The notes beneath the pieces are model-generated. The model saw only the letters and a program-made list of their open reading frames with translations. It did no database searches and was not told the origin of the DNA. A DNA stretch of 64,000 nucleotides, taken from assembly GCF_009914755.1 (NCBI RefSeq), contig NC_060939.1; one strand, given 5' to 3'. Shown piece by piece: positions 27,033-44,743 of this stretch. The stretch's first letter is position 1, and every line of letters starts with the position of its first letter. A program made the position numbers and the translations under genes. Source of the DNA: the human T2T-CHM13v2.0 reference genome, Homo sapiens.

Positions 27033-28511
27033 ATGATTTTTTTTGGTAAGTCTGATTTAACCTATATTAATCCCTTTGTCCTACTTTTAGTAACTTTTTT
27101 GTTCTTTTTCTAGCTTCTAAAGGTGACAGTTTAGTAAATTTATTTTAAATCTTTTTTGCTTAATAGAAAAATAAATATTTTTTAGGGCTTTATATATTTC
27201 TTTGAGTATAACTTTGGCTGCATGCCATAGATTTTGGAAACCATTGCTCTAACTGCTATTAATTTCTATGTAGTCTCAAGTTTATATTTTGATTTAAATG
27301 TTGTTTGGAAATATGTTTCTCAAAAATTATTAAATAGCTAGAAAATTTTATTTGGGGTTTCTCTTAATTGTTAATTTCTAGTTTCATTGCACCGTGGTCA
27401 GAGAATATAGCTTGTATAGGTGTTGCTTTTTGCATTATATGTGTGTATACATAGTCAGTTTCTTGAAATGATTCCATGGACATTTATAAAAACGTAATAT
27501 TCTGTTTTGGGGGCATATAGGATTTTAGATATATTCATTAAATCAAGATTATTCATTATGCTATTAGAATCCTCTATTTCTTCATGGCTATTTGATCCAT
27601 CCAATTTTAAGGTTTATATTCTTTTTGTAAGGGAAAATTTGAATTTAAAATTTTATGGAAATTTAAAACATACACAAAGTAGAAATGGCGATATAATAAA
27701 TCCACATGTACCAATCATCCAGATGATCAATTATGAATATTATACCACTCTTATTTCATCAACATACCCCCCCTTTTTGGAGTATTTTGAAGCAAATCCC
27801 AGGTAACATATCATTTTGCCAGTAAAATACTTCAATTTAAAGCTTTAACAATTAATGACTCTTTCTTAAATAGTCATAACTATAATACTTCTATCATAAC
27901 CAACAAATGTAACCCTAACTCTCTAATATACAATATCCAATTCATGGTCAATTTTCCCCAATTATCTCAAAATTGTTTTCTTAAAATAGGTTTGTTTGAA
28001 TTAAGATATGAATGAGTTTTACACATTATCTCTTTTAATTGTTATTAACAGTTTCTCCTCTCTTTGTAATGCAATTAATAGGAACGTTTTTGAAATGGGT
28101 ATAGTTGTAATTCTGCCAAGTTTCTTGTTTTTCTTACAGTTTTGCCTTATCATTATTTTACTTTTATTGTTGTTCTATAATGCTTTTTATTTTTTACTGC
28201 ATCTTTTTTAAAAAATTATTTCTTTGTTTCACTAAATCTGCCATAGTATTTCCTTGAGTGTGTTTTTCTTTTACAATGGATTCACATATGACAATGTTTC
28301 TTAGATATATTTGTTATAAATAAACAAATAAACACAAATACATACAGACACACATTTGTATCCTGTCCCCTAGAAGAAACCACTATTCTGATATCACCAC
28401 AGATTAGTTTTACCTGTCCTGAAACTTCATATAAATGGAATCATACAGAATGTTTTCTTTTGTGTCTGGCTTCTTTCACTTAACATAAGGTCTATGAGAT
28501 TTATTCATATT

Positions 28512-28795
28512 TTTATTTATTTACTTATTTTTTTGAGACAGAGTTTTGCTCTTGTTGCCCAGGCTGGAATCCAATGGCGCGCTCTCGGCCCACCGCAACC
28601 TCCGCCTCCTAGGTTCAAGCGATTCTCCAGATTATAGGCATGTGCCACCATGTCCGGCTAATTTTGTATTTTTTTAGTAGGGATGAGGTTTCTCCATGTT
28701 GGTTAGGCTGGTCTTGAACTCCCGACCTCAGGTGATCTGCCCGCTTCAGCCTCCCAAAGTGTTGGGATTATAGGCCTGAGCCACCGCGCCCGGCC
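28512..28795 (-). mobile_element. AluSp/Sq with internal deletion; TSD gagatttattcatattttt
   Basis: 'ctcttgttgcccaggctgga.t.caatggcg' and 'tttctccatgttgg'; long TSD. Confidence 0.9.
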
Positions 28796-29289
28796 GAGAT
28801 TTATTCATATTTTTGCATGTATTAGTAGTTCTTTTTTATTGCTGTGAAGTATTCCATTGTATGAAATGCACGATATCACGATTTATTCACTCTACAACTA
28901 GTGGACATTTGGGTTGTTTCTAGTTTGGGACTATGATGAATAGTGCTGCTAAGAAATTCTTGTCTGTCTTTGTTTATCTTTTGGTGGATATATGTATCCA
29001 TTTCTATTAGTTGTATATCTAGAAGGTTGCTGGACTGTATAGGTGTATGTTTAATTGTTGCAATTATGGGCAGAGTTTTCCATGGTGGATGGACAAATTG
29101 ACACTCCTATCAACAGTCCCAGTCGCTCTGCATCCTCATCAGCACTTGGTAGGTTGGGCCTTGTAAATTCCAGCCATTCTGGGGGTAGATTGTGGTTTTT
29201 ATTTGCATTTCTCTGATGTGAAATTAGAACCTTTTAATATGCTTTTTGGCCAAAAAAAAAAAAATACCCAAAACAAAAAAGCAACCATA

Positions 29290-29828
29290 TGTGAGGGTTG
29301 ATGTGCTAATTTAAAAATATGTCCACAAATACTTTGAAGAGGTTGAGTCCATGCGTCCCCCCATTGAGCCTGGGTAGGCCTTTGTGACTGCCTCAGTGGA
29401 TAAAATGAGGTAGAAATGATGCTGTGTGACTTGGCTGAGTTAGAAAAGGCCACATCATTTTTGCTGTTTTCTCTTGGGACACTCACTTTGGGAACCTTGA
29501 GCCGCCATGTCAAGAATCAGCTGCTCTGACGATCACTAAGTGGAGAGACTAAAGAGGAAAGAGGGATGCCCGAGGAACCCCAGCAGTTCCAGCCCCAGCT
29601 GTGTAAGTCTCCCCAGCTCAGGTGCCAGATATGCAAGTGAAGAAGACTTTCAGAAGACCCCAGCCCAGCTCCAACCACCGACCGACTGCAATCAGCTGAG
29701 AGATCCTGAGTGAGAACAGCCTAGCTGAGCCCACTTAACTCCCAGATTTGTGAACAATAAAATAATTGCTATTGTTATAAGCCAAGATTTGGGGTCTTTA
29801 GCTACACAGCAACAGGCAACCAGAACAG
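29290..29828 (+). mobile_element. MaLR LTR (MLT1G/H-like)
   Basis: 'gatgctgtgtgactt...aaaaggcc', 'ccagctgagccca', ending 'acagcaa.ag..aaccagaaca'. Confidence 0.7.
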
Positions 29829-30176
29829 TCTAGTTATGGAATTATCTATCCATTCTATTCCATTGTCCTTCTTTTCAACAACACCACACTTTCTTAATGA
29901 TTCTAACTCTATTTAAGTCTTGAAATCTACTAGAGTAAGTTCTTCAGATTTGTTTTCAAGATTGTCTTGGATATTCCTGGCCCTTTGCATTTCCGTATAA
30001 ATTCAGTTTATCAATTTCCACAAAACATAAGCATGCTGGCATTTTGATTGGGATTGTGTTAAATCTGTATAGATCAACTTGGAGACAATTGACATCTTAG
30101 CAATATCAAGTGACCCAAACAATGAACAAGGTATATCTCTCCATTTATTTAGATTTTTCGTATTTTATTTGAGTAG

Positions 30177-30530
<354 letters not shown>

Positions 30531-32931
30531 TGAAGTGTTGTTTTGCTAACACAGATTTCTAGGTTCAAGATGTTCCTTTCTCAGAACTTTAAAACTATTG
30601 ATTCATTGTTGTCTGGGATTTTAGCAAGTAGTGTTAGAGATGAAAAAAATTTTATTTTTCTTTCCATTGTTGGCAACAAATATATTATTTACTAGCCTGG
30701 AAGCTTATAGGATATAATCTTTATTTTTAATATCCAAAAATTTTACCAAGAGATTTTTAATGTGTGTGTTTTTTTGTGTCTTGTTTTCATTTGTTTTTTT
30801 CTTCATCTGGTGGGCACCTTTTATTTAAAAATTCAAGTCTTTCTTCAGCTCAAAGAAATTTTTCCCCTTTTTTCCCCACCATTTCCTTGTGTCTGTCTTT
30901 CTGGTTTTATTATACAAATATACAGATAGCGAATCTTATGGATTTATCTTCCATATCTCTTATTTCTTTCTCTCATAGGTTGTTACTTTTCCCATCCCTC
31001 TGTCCTTGAGGAATTCCTCAAGTTGGTCTTTTAAATCAATAATTTCATTTTCAGCCATGTTTCATGCTGCTACTCACTGCTTCTATGAATCTTTCTGTTT
31101 CATCCATTATGCTTTCAATTTCAAGGATTTTTTCCTTTCTTGCTCTCTTTTTATGAAGTGGTATGCTATCACTCCATAAAATCAGTCTTACTGAGCATAC
31201 CAATTAGAATTTAATCTTTCCTTCTGTTCCTTCATTGCCATTTTTAAATTAGAGGCCATTTGTTCTAATTGCTCAGTTTGTTGAGATGCTGGTTATCCTC
31301 ATTTTTTTTTCTGCTCACGTTTATAAATGGAGGTATAGATTCATTTATATTGGTAGCTGATGTGGGCTCTTCCAGCAACTGCCTCATTGTTTATACCCTA
31401 GCTATCTTTTCCAAGAGCTTAAGGGTCCATGGGCAGGGTTTATCCTGAGCACAGTGACTAGAGGATGAAGCAATAGGTGGGTTTTATTTCAGGGTGCTTG
31501 GGCTTGGGCCAGAAACAAAAAGAGGAGGTTAACCTTTCTCTCCTCTCACTCCACCATCAGGGTAAAGTGGGTAGCTCAAAGCTACTATGGAGGAAGTCCC
31601 CAATTGTCCAGTTGTAGTCAGTAAAAAGAGAATGAGGTGGGTCCCTGAGCTGGTGGCTCCCTAATGGATTTAAAGCAGAGCTTTATGAAGACTTTCTTTT
31701 GTTCGCTAATGTCCATAAGTCAACCTGCCTAAATCTGCTGCTGAGGTCTCAGGAGGGTCTTTTTGCTCAGTTGAAAATATGTTATAGCAGGAAATAAGGA
31801 AGTAATTCCAATGAAGGTAAAAAAAAATTAGGACATGTTTCTTTTGTAACTCCCACTCAGTATCTGCTGTAACGGCCCCAAGTTGTCCCTCCCTGATCTC
31901 TCTCTGGCCCTCCTGCTAGTGTTAGAAAGCTCCCAGAACAAATGCTCTGCCTCATTTAGGAGTCAGTCCACTCATGAAGCCCTGTGGCAACGAGAAAGCC
32001 TTTCAAGTGAAAAGAACACTGTCAAATTGAATTCTCCACTTTCCCCAACTCCCCCACAGCTGAGTGATCCAGGGTCCCCTTGGCCTGACACTCTGACCCT
32101 GGCGGCCTTCTGCTGCTCTACTAGGGACAGCCATCCACTCCTCCCCTGACAAGGATCAACCTTTGACATGAGAGTCAAGCCTTCAGCCATTGATTGTCAA
32201 TCTGGCCCCATCTGCTTTATATCTTCCTGAAATTCCTATACCCGTCTGCTGCATTGAGAATGCCCTGACTTGTTTTCCATGACTGCTACAGACTTTTGAA
32301 TCTATTTTTTATTTCTTTGGTAATTTCAGTGGGATGTAAAGAGTGAAGAGAAGGAAAAGAGTAATAAATTCACCATTCTGAAATCCTGCCACATGAGCAG
32401 GATTTTTTCCCCATCTCTTTGCTCTTTGCCTATTAACTAGTCTTCTCTTCATATCTTATTCATAGGGATCATGGTTTATTGAGTTTTATTGAGTGCACGT
32501 AGCAGATGCTGTTCAAAATTTATTTCTGTTTTGTAAAGTACATCATTTTCTATGTTTCCTCTGACTCTTGAATTCTAGCATTTTTTTCAAATGCTACAAA
32601 GAAAAGCAAATCAAGCAAACAACTGGTACACAAGTAGTGTGTTCACAGTACCTTTGACATTAAAAAAAATGTGCCTCTGTTTCCTATAACAGATTGAAAG
32701 TCCTTTATAGGCACCTACCTCATTGAGTAGTGAAGGTAACTTACTAACTAATATCACAGTCTTCCACACTTAAAAGTCTCTTTTCAGTTTAAATAGTCAT
32801 CCAGTTTTCTCACTAGGGGTGATTTCAATGATAAACATGATTTATTTAGGTAAACATGCAGGCTGTCAGAATTCTGTCTATTCTTTCTCCTCCTCAAGTA
32901 GACATCCGGCTATATAAGGGCTTATTATGGG

Positions 32932-33892
32932 GTCATACGTTGGAGATATTGTGGGTTCGGTTCTAGACCACAATTAAGTGACTATCACAATAAAGTGATA
33001 TTTTTGGTTTTCTAGTGCATATGAAAGGAATTTTTTGGTTTCCTAGTGCATATAAAAGTTATATGTACACTATATTGTACATTAAACATGTAATAGCATT
33101 ACATCTGAAAAACTTACATACCTTAATTAAAAAATACGTTATTGCTAAAAAATGCTACTGATCATCTGAGGCTTCAGGAAGTTGTAATGTTTTTGCTGGT
33201 GGAGGGTCTTGCCTAGTCGTTGAAGGCTACTAACTAATCAGGGTGGCGGTTACTGAAGATTGGGGTAGCCATGGCAATGTCTTCAAATAAGATGATGGTG
33301 AAGTTTGCTACATCAATGGACTCTTCCTCTTATGAAAGATTTCTTGCAGCATGCAGTGCTGGTTGTTTGACAGCATTTCACCCACAGTAGAACTTCTTTA
33401 AAAATTGGGGTCAGTCCTCTCAAACTCTGCTGCTGCTTTATCAATGAAGTGTATGTAATATTCTAAATCCTTGGATGTCATTTCAACAAGGTTCACATCT
33501 TCAAGGAACCACTTTCTTTGCTCATCCATAAGAAGCCACTCATCTGTGCAAGTTTGATCATGAGATTGCAATAATTCAGTCATATCTTCAGGCTCTACTT
33601 CTAATTCTAGTTCTCTTGCTATTTCTACCACATCTGCGGTTACTTCCCCCACTGAGTCTTGAACTCCTCAAAGTCATCCATGAGGCTGGAATTAATTTCT
33701 TCCAAACTCCTGTCAGCGTCAACACATTGACTTCCTTCCATGAATCATGAATGTTCTTAATGGCATCTAGAATGATAAATTCTTTGCAGAGGTTTTCAAT
33801 TTACTTTGCCCAAATCCATCAGAGGAATCACAATCTATGGCAGCTAGAGCCTTACAAAATGTATTTCTTAAATAATAAGATGGGAAAGTTGA
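32932..33892 (-). mobile_element. Tigger1 DNA transposon 3' fragment
   Basis: TIR-like 'catacgttggagatattgtgggttcggttc' end. ORF 33398-33652 ([29 protein letters not shown]...[11 protein letters not shown]) is the Tigger1/TIGD1-type transposase C-terminus, degenerate. Confidence 0.92.
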
Positions 33893-34015
33893 CATTCTCT
33901 TTCACATGGTAAGCATAAGCTGGGCTTATCCAAGGGCCCCACAGTTTCCTTCATGTTATGCCAGAAAGGGAGCTACTGGCCCCATATTCTGAGGTCCTCA
34001 CCTTTAGCAGGGTGC

Positions 34016-34538
34016 AGGTTGAGTATCCCTAATTTGAAGATTCAAACGCTGAAATGCTACAAAATCTGAAACTTTTTTTTTTTTTTTTGGAGACACAGTC
34101 TTGCTCTGTCACCCAGGCTGGAGTGCAGTGGTGCGATCTTGGCTCACTGCAACTTCTGCCTCCCAGGTTCAAGCAATTCTCTGCCTCAGCCTCCCGAGTA
34201 GCTGGGAATACAGGTGCCCACCACCATACCCAGCTAATTTTTGTATTTTTAGTTAGAGACGGGGTTTCACCATCTTGGGCAGGCTGGTCTTGAACTCCTG
34301 ACCTCGTGATCCACCTGCCTCGGCCCCCGAAAGTGCTGGGATTACAGGCGTGAGCCACGGTGCCGGGTTCAAAATCTGAAACTTTTTTTGAGTACTGACA
34401 TGATACTCAAAGAAAAGGCTCATTGGAACATTTTGGATTTTCAGATTAGCGATGCTTAGCTAGTCAGTATAATGCAAACATTTCAAAATCTGAACACTCC
34501 TGGTCCCAAGCACTTCAGGTAAAGGACACTCAACCTAC
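34016..34538. mobile_element. Tigger4/MER46-like element split by an Alu (34073-34368, minus; TSD aaaatctgaaacttttt)
   Basis: Inverted termini caggttgagtatccct ... aaggacactcaacct. Confidence 0.8.
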
Positions 34539-36217
34539 ATTTTGAAAGCCTGTAAGGTGTATGACCCTGAGCTGGGTAAGGCTGGGAAACAAGATCCTGC
34601 CACCTGATATCCCCACTCACCTGGCTCCTGTTTCTTTCCCACAACCCTCCCGCCCGGCCCCGCACCCTGACTGGGGCTGGAAGGGACAGGTTTCAGGGTT
34701 TCTGGGTCTTTTACATCAGTGTTTTATGTTCATTCTGGAACTGTGGTTGCTGGTCATACCAAGGTAAATACAGAATTGGGGAATAAGTGTTAGGAAACCT
34801 TTAAAGCAATGTGACGCTGCAGTGTGTCTAAATGTGTGAGAATGGACTCCCTTGGAGCAGGGCATAGGCCAGTTATGTGTGAGTCATACGTGGTGCTTGC
34901 TGAGTGCTGACCAGGCAAACTATGGTCAGGTCCATGACAGACTGGAAATTTAGGAAGAAAGCCAACAACAGGTCATTCACTGCAAATTCACGCCCTGGCC
35001 ACCACAAGGGTTCATGTGTGGGCATCCATTCTTACATTGAAACTCTGTGATTTTGATACTCTGATGCAAATTAAAGGATGTTAAAATATCCTTTGTTCCT
35101 ACGGTATTTTGGCTTTGAAAAGCAATATCGTCTTGACTAAAAAATTCTGATATGGTCCTTGCTAGTCAAAAGCTGAAAAAGCCATTCTTTCTTTTTGCAG
35201 TCCTGGTATAGCGTGCTTTGGGCAGACTAGGGAGAAGGTTAGCTGCACAAAAATACAAAAAATACATTACATGGAGTTCTTAAAAAATCCCTTTTTATGT
35301 TGGCCTCAAACAGAGAGAGATCTATCCAGGTTGGAAAATGCTAAGTATTAAAATTCTCCTTTCACCTCAGGCTGGAAGGCCCTGTGTTGAAGTAAGGTAA
35401 GAAGAGCAACTAGGGTGACAGGATAAGCATCTGTAAGGATGGGCAGCAGGACTCCTGGTCATGTTCAGAATTATTTGAACGACTTGGAACCAATGTTCTC
35501 TAATTAATAAGCTTGGTGAGTTATTTTCTAGATACTTTTATAGACATTCCCCAAATTAATTAATTTCTAGAATGACTTTCTATAATTCTTAAGTTGGTAG
35601 GATTGTGTCAGGTAGAAAATCAATTCTGTTTCCAGATCCGCAGCAGTGTAATCATACAGTGCATCTTGCTGTGCAGGCAAGTGTGATGATGGGTCTCTAA
35701 ATGCCTCTTGGAAGGCGGGGGCGGTGTCTCCATTGATAAGAAGGAGTACTTTTAGTTCCTATTACTTAAATATTCACAATCTCCCACAAACATAAGCACA
35801 TGCTCACACACTTCTGTGCTGGGATTACAGACGTGAGCCACAACGCCTGGCCAGTCATACCTTTTTTTATTCCTGATATTGGTAATATTCTTTCTCATTT
35901 GCTTCATCAGTTTATCAATCTTATTACTCTTTTAAAAGAAACAGTTCTTAACTTTGTTGTATACTTTCTATTTCATAGATTTCCATCCTTATCTTTATTA
36001 TTTCCTTCTTTTGATTTTCTTTGGGTTTTGTTTGCCATTCTTTTTTTTAACCTTACTAAGTTGGAAGCTTACATCACTGATTTTAGACCTTTCTTCTTTT
36101 CTAACATATGCATTTGGAGCTATAAATGTTCCTTTAAGTAGTGTTTTGGCTGTAACCCACAAGTTCAAAGTATGGGTATTTAAAAGTATGGGTATTTAAA
36201 AGTGTGTTGCTTAATTT

Positions 36218-36578
<361 letters not shown>

Positions 36579-38384
36579 TTATTGCTATCTAGCTTAATTC
36601 TGCTCTGGAGCCTGACCGCTGCTTCTCTGTGCCTACTTCTCTCCAGGTTCACATGGGTAGTCTTTAAGATGGCTCAGTCCTGCATGGTCAAGCCCTCAAT
36701 GCTCCCTCATTATCTCATGCACCTTGCCCCATCCAAATCTAAGCTAGGAGAAGAGAAATTGAATGACAGAGCCTTGCCACCTTCTCTCTCTCTTTTACCA
36801 TCATCTTTGCCTGCCATTTTTATCCTGCATTTAAAAAAAAAGAAAAGAAAAAAAAAAAGAAAAAACTTCTCCTGTGTCAACTTCTTCCTGAATGCAGCTA
36901 ATACCTCATTAAGGACACAAACATGGCTCTAAACCATGGGAGAAATTTATAAGCCAACTCCTCTAAATTGGTCTTTGATATGCTAAATAAAGAATGAAAT
37001 AAGGGAGTTTGGAAATTTCTTCTCGAGAAAATAGCTGGCTTGCAAGGCTATTATTCTGCTGTATAATCGTAATTTTGATTGTCAGGAATGGACTATTCCT
37101 GTGGCCTTTTTTTCTACATGCCTCCTGTAACAGTCTGATCTCCTTCCAGGCAGAGTGTTGCCCAGGATGAACTAGGCTGAAAGTCACATACCCAGCAATG
37201 AGAAAGAGAAAAGCATATTAACTTTTATTAAAAAATTTTCCATCTTACAAAAAGAGAAAAGTCTGTCCACACTGAGAATAGCAGCTGCTATCTGTGCATA
37301 ATTTATGTTTTGGAAGAGGTTTTTCCATTCACGGTATTGTTTAAGCATGAACAATTGGACTGTTATGGTTATTAAGGCTAAGCAGGTTCACAAAGGTCCC
37401 AGGAACCCAGGTCCCAGGAACTTAGGAAGTTGGATGGCGTGGAGCTTCTGGGGCCACAGTGGGACCTGGCCATGGGGATCAGCCATGGTTCTGGTTGTGG
37501 TTGGAGAGAAAGACCAGGGATGGGCATAAGCGGAGTGAGGCTATAGGAGTGGTGGGTATCTGACTGTGACAAGCCTGGAATGCTGGCGACGTGCAACTGA
37601 TCAATGGAGAGATGAGGAGAGTTGTGAACCAGGCAGTGAGGATGTGCTGTGTGGGAAATTCTCCTGAATCAAAAGAGATAACCCTTGGCTTCTGCATACC
37701 TCCCTGCCCCCGATCCTTTTGAATCACAGAGGAATCGCTTACAGAGTCTCATGTATTTAGAGATATCCAATTATCTTAGATCAGACTCGTGGCCAAAGAA
37801 ATGCTCAGGAAATCGAGCTCATGTTTCTAATCTGATTGTAATTTCATCAGTGGCCCCGATGTAATTATTTCCCTTTTAGTTTACTTAACACTAACAAACA
37901 GCCTTTAATGATTTTTTGTTGTTGTTTTTAATGGAAAGAATCAATCTTTCTTCTCCAAATAATGAAGTTGAGTGGAACACCATGCATGAGCAGGAGAGTC
38001 GTCCTGGCACAAACGCTCTTGCTCAAGGTGCCCTTTCCTTCAAGCCCTTTAAAGCCCCAACAAGAGCCTCAGGCCCAGGCCTCCCTGAACCTGTGTTGCT
38101 CTGTCTGTGCCCTGAAGCCCCCAAATAAAACTCTCCATCTCCCCAAAGCACCAGCAGGTAGTTTCTCTTTCACAAGACAGTCAGGTAGACTCAGGTGCTC
38201 ATGCCTTTGCAATGATTTCCCATCACCATAGTTAAAATCCCAAAGCCCTTCCCAAGTGAAAAACAGAAGCCAGACTACTTGAAGAATGTTCGTTGGAAAT
38301 TCAGGTCCTGGGCATAATGTCCAGGCTCAGGTTCTGGCTCCTGAACTACCAACAGTGTGATATTAGACGAAAAATGCAACTTCC

Positions 38385-38681
38385 TTTTTTTTTTTTTTTT
38401 TTTGAGACTGAGTCTTGCTCTGTTTCCCAGGCTGGATTGCAGTGGCGCGATCTTGGCCCACTGCAACCTCCGCCTCCCAGGTTCAAGCAATTCTCTGCCT
38501 CAGCCTCCTGAGTATCTGGGATTATAGGCGCCCACCACCACGCCTGGCTAATTTTTGTATTTTTAGTAGAGACGGGTTTCACCCTCTTGGCCAGGCTGGT
38601 CTTCAACTCCTGACCTTGTGATCCACCCGCCTCAGCCTCCAAAAGTGCTGGGATTACAGGCGTGAGGCACTGTGCCTGGCC
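38385..38681 (-). mobile_element. AluSg-type with TSD aatgcaacttc
   Basis: Full dimer with TSD. Confidence 0.92.
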
Positions 38682-39911
38682 AATGCAACTTCTTTAAGTC
38701 TCTGTTTCCTTACCTTTAAAATGGAGAAAATAATATCCCAGTGAATTTCACTGGATCTCTGGGAAGAGTAAATGAGAATATATTTCTAAAGTGCTTAGCA
38801 TAGTTACTCAGCACAGTAACATATTTACTCAATTAAAATATTAGCTGTCATTCTTACTTTTGTTCTTACAGTTTCCCTCTCTAGGTATCCAAGCCTCCAA
38901 TCTGGCTGCTGGAATACAAGATGCTCCTGTCCTTCAGGCTGCAAACTGCCTGGCTCTTGGTGGCTTCCACAGAAAATAGCCCCTGGTTTCCTCTAATGAG
39001 GAGACATCACAGAATGACCAAGTCTCCCAAGGATTCTTCCTCCCTGAACAAAGTGAGCTCAGAGGGCTGGGGGCTACACCACGCCAGGCTCGGATTCTGC
39101 CCTACAAAGAGACTGGGGGAGCTAGACAAGCCCACTTCCCTCACAGCGACTCAGACAAACAAAGGCAACCTGCAAGCGACTGACTTTGCTGTCTCGCGGA
39201 GTGATTAATCTCCCTGAAATTAATGGCCCCTCAAAGGCAGGCAGCTGCAGTGGCTGTGCGCATCTGAATTGCAGGATTCCTCTGCATGCGTGAAGACATT
39301 TAACAGGACAGATGACACGTTGTGGGTGCCCATGGCCCTCAGGAACCCACACAACTTGACCATAGGTTCCATAAGCATGCAGGAATGGGGTCACCACCAT
39401 GGGGTTCCCTGCCTACCTCCTCCATTCCCATTAACAGAGGTAAAAAAGCTGTCCCTCAGAAGAGGAGCAAGCCTGCGGTGGAGAAGCTAAGTGACCTTGA
39501 GCAAGTGAGTGAGCCTGGGTCTTCTCCAGCAAAACCAGCACATTGCTTTGGAGGACTAGGTCCTTTGTGTGCAGAGCATCATGCGGAAATAAGAAAACAA
39601 AGAAAGCCCAGCCGTCTTACTTCAATGCATCTACAAACTTATTGGGGGAAGGCTTTGGGGATACGGATTGATTATGGAAACCTGACATTTTAGAGGCTGT
39701 TCGTCTGAGACCAGGGGACATTTGGATGAAATTTAGAAAACCAATTATTAAATATGTTTTATTTTCATCCAAGCGATGGGCTAAATCAGTAGAATGATTA
39801 GGTTCAGGGATGGGTGGGAATCAGGGGAGAGGTTGGGTCAGGGATAGGGTGAGACAGGGCTGTGTATTATACACAGCATCCTGAAATAACATGTATTATT
39901 CCACAATTTGA

Positions 39912-40219
<308 letters not shown>

Positions 40220-41635
40220 TCAGCATACTCTTTTGATGGGGCTGTCTTCCATCGCCTGTGTCAAAATGTCCCCTTTATCTAAACAGCTGCACAGTGCACA
40301 ATCACTCAGGCCAGTTGTGGACAGAAACCTGCCGTGTTTTGTTTCCTGCTTTTGGGGAATGGCCTTCTTCAATGAAGCAGTGACAGCAAGATGCAGAGAG
40401 CAGCAGGCTGAGGTTCGGTCCCCAGAGTTTGAGTTATGACTCTGCCCCCTGGTGGCTGGGTGACCTTGGGCAGGCTGCATGACTTCTCTGTGTCTTGCAA
40501 CCAGGGCTCTTCCTTTGCCTCTCAGCTGCTCTTCCCTGGAGGGTTGTGGGGGAGGCAAGGAAAGGGGCCCTTGCGGTAGTTCAGCTACTGAGTCACAAGG
40601 CAGCCCTCCCAGCCTGGCGGAGCAGATGGAAAACTGGCCTCCTGTGTTCCTCTGTTCAAGGTGTCCTATGGAGTCAACGCTTAGGGGCTGGCAGGACCTA
40701 ATAGATAGCCTGAGCCCCAGAAGCCTAGGGTAAATGTTTTTCTCTCCAGGTACCGAAAGTACATCATAAGGCCAGCTACAGAAGAGATGCAGGTCAAGTG
40801 CCCTCCCAATGCAAGGGCCGAGGTGCACACGTGGCCCTGGTGGAGTGCTGGCCAAGATGGCTGGCATCCTTGGCTTAGCATCTCCGAAAGAGCTCGCCCT
40901 AAATTATGCTCATTTGCATAACCTAGTTGTGGGCTTGGTTGACAGGGACAGCAAGCATACTGGGAGTGGCATAACGCGACTGTGGAAGACTGCAGGGGAA
41001 ATCAAGTCCCAGTTACTATTTTCAGCCTTTAACTATCTCCTGAGGGCCAATCTTGCCAGTTGGACATCTTCACTGGGATGTCCTGGGCTGTTGCTCTTGG
41101 CTCCATAAAGTTCTTATCGTGTAGTTCTGTAGTTATGACCCAGAACCAACTCCCCTCTACCCACCTGCCACTATCACAGGGCTACCCTACCAATCCCTTC
41201 TTCTCCTCAACAGGCTTCAATGTGGCTCTGCCCCTCACTGACTGGGTAGCCTGACACAAATCATTCATTCCTTTGAACCTCAGCTTGCTCATTTGCAAAA
41301 TGGGGATACTAAATAACTACCTCATGGGATAATGATGAGGACTTAGAGGAATTAATATACATAAAGCACTTAGAAGAGTGTCGGGTTCCTAGTCAGCACT
41401 ACATAAATATCCCTCAACCAGCTTTCCATCTGGACTTACCTTGTGCTGGGAACCATACTAGATCCTGCAAGGTCAAACTCTTAGCACCACATTTCCCAAA
41501 ATAATGCTTGATGGAACAGGGTGGGGAACACCCCAGTGATGCTCAGCCTTTTGCGAAACATCCTATGTCATGGTCCTCTCTGGGATATTCTCACTGCATT
41601 TGAAAAAGGAACATCTTCCTTTTACTTCCTTTCAA

Positions 41636-41862
41636 GGTTGGCCCGCTGCTCGTTTCTGTACAGACATAAATAAGAATGGTTTCTACTTTTTTTAATGGTA
41701 GGAAACAAAACGATTAAAATCATGACACATGAAAATCATGTGACATTGGGATTTCAGCGAATGTACAGTTCTATGGGAACACAGCAGTGCCTGTTCATTT
41801 ACACACTGTCTATGGCTGCCTTTGCACTATGACAGGCAGAATTGAGTAGTTGGGACAGACAC
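41636..41862 (+). mobile_element. MER58B-like hAT-Charlie fragment
   Basis: 'ggcccgc.gc...tgtac...aagaatggttt.tac.tttt.aatgg...ggaacacagc...gtctatggctgc...gagtagtt'. Confidence 0.75.
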
Positions 41863-41874
41863 TACCTAGATTTG

Positions 41875-44447
<2,573 letters not shown>

Positions 44448-44743
44448 AACTGAACTGAATCTTCCGTTTTCTTCCAAGTCACACCTGCTGGCATCCCGAG
44501 CAGTCAGCGACAGAGCAGCACAGTGTCAGAGCTCTCCTTGACCTCTCGATTTCTGCCCACACCTACTCACGCCAGCCCTGGAGGCTCTGCCGTCTGAAGC
44601 CCTTCCCACCAGCTCTGGCTTTCCAGGCCCTCCCTGAGCCCCACAGTCCTCTGTGCCTGGGTCCCTTATATGGTCTCTTGCTCCCCACCTCTCCATCCTA
44701 TGCCCTCTGGTTACCACCCACCCCAAATGGCTGCATTAATTAC

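Noticed and set aside
33398-33652. TIGD1-like ORF
   Set aside because: Short degenerate fragment of a Tigger1 transposase, not a domesticated gene.
40220-40867. 215-aa minus-strand ORF
   Set aside because: No domain, overlaps MIR-like sequence, and has no supporting promoter or splice structure; consistent with chance.
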